This document shows positions 63,181 through 64,000 of a DNA stretch of 64,000 nt, piece after piece. The stretch comes from Psilocybe cubensis (Eukaryota), in contig CM039000.1 in the NCBI GenBank assembly GCA_017499595.2, positions 1,426,001-1,490,000 of the forward strand, in the 5' to 3' direction. Both the position numbers and the translations under genes were made by a program. Numbering within the stretch: the stretch's first letter is position 1; every line of letters starts with the position of its first letter. The notes under the pieces are model-generated. The model was not told the DNA's origin and did not search any database. It worked only from the letters and a program-made list of their open reading frames with translations.

Positions 63181-64000
63181 CCTACCTACGTCATAGACAC
63201 AGTCACTTGAATATCAAATACGAACACGATAGAAAATCGTAGAAAACTTAGTAATATTCCGGCAGTATTCTTGCCGTGATGGCTCGGCATCGACAATGTG
63301 ATGCCGCCGTCACATACGCCCTCCAGGCATTCCCGCGGAATGGCTCTTGTGGCCTCGTTTGGCGTAAGGATGCACGCGGTGGAGAGCGGTATCAAGGACG
63401 ACCTGATTGACTTTCTTGATTTCTCAAACGCTTCCGTAAGAGGCAGCCAGTTCAATGGCGTTGGTGAGTTCGAACTCCGACGGAAAGTTGATGGTTAGCG
63501 GAAAGTGACCCTTTGCCTCCGAAATAATATTGCCACGGTCGTCGAATTGAGTCAGGCGATTGGCGGGGTTAGGGTCTCAATGTAAATAAGATACGAACTC
63601 CGTATAGCCAACTGGCATGAGCAAGTGAGTGTTGGGTGGCATGGGTTTGACAACACGATAGGCGAATGAAATGAAGTCCTTTAGTTGAGCCGCGTGAATC
63701 GATCGAACCGTGTTATTCTCGTTGATGATGCCATACTTGAATGGAAATATTTTGAACAAGAGTGCGAATCCGGCTAGAGGAATGCACAGAGTGAAAGGTC
63801 AAGCGAAGAAGTCACGCGGATACATTTGCGCAAGCATGAGACTGTAATCACGCATCACTGTTCTATAATTAACACGCAATATTAAATAGATAGGGGTGTT
63901 CACGCTACCGTGGTCATTTTCAAGTCTCGTTTGTTCTCCCTTCGACGTATCAGGTCCAGCAGGTGGATTGGACACGGGTATCATGTTTGATGAAGGCTCG
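63181..64000 (-). pseudogene. Probable decayed ORF or repeat relic with in-frame TGA stops
   Basis: One minus-strand frame runs from the window edge to a TAG at 63178-63180 and is interrupted only by TGA codons at 63799, 63577, 63424, 63310 and 63214. No introns are needed to keep the frame. Confidence 0.5.

Noticed and set aside
1-64000. CRISPR arrays, prokaryotic operons, intact transposons or a secondary-metabolite cluster
   Set aside because: The sequence is spliceosomal-intron-rich fungal DNA. I saw no spaced direct-repeat array, no transposase/RT/integrase motifs and no PKS/NRPS/terpene synthase.

Overview
Intron-rich, gene-dense eukaryotic DNA. The short GT-AG introns, microexons and gene content point to an agaricomycete (mushroom-forming basidiomycete) nuclear genome. 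I reconstructed 24 protein-coding genes by hand, plus an intron-containing tRNA-Leu(UAA) and a probable decayed ORF at the right edge. Genes with recognisable families: APSES-domain protein, Puf1/2-type Pumilio+RRM protein, short-form tRNase Z, DHA1 MFS transporter, GSK3, Met30/SconB F-box-WD40, RBM5/10-like G-patch protein, NDUFB4-like subunit, COQ7, GT8, secreted PEBP, formin, myosin V, AN1 zinc finger, Vps2, COG4, GH3 beta-glucosidase, AIM29-like, Ydj1 and Nit3-like amidase. The most unusual element is one spliced minus-strand gene (28928-24573). It fuses an MLKL-like N-terminal helical domain, a kinase domain whose catalytic VAIK lysine is replaced by Arg, and a REM+CDC25 RasGEF module, making it a candidate cell-death/immunity switch coupled to Ras-family signalling. 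Also notable: a head-to-head formin/myosin V pair, a small protein with three SPIRAL1/Jupiter-like RVR-x-x-PGG repeats, a possible remote NDUFAF4-like protein, and a reading frame broken only by TGA stops. All family calls come from recognising motifs by eye; no database search was run.
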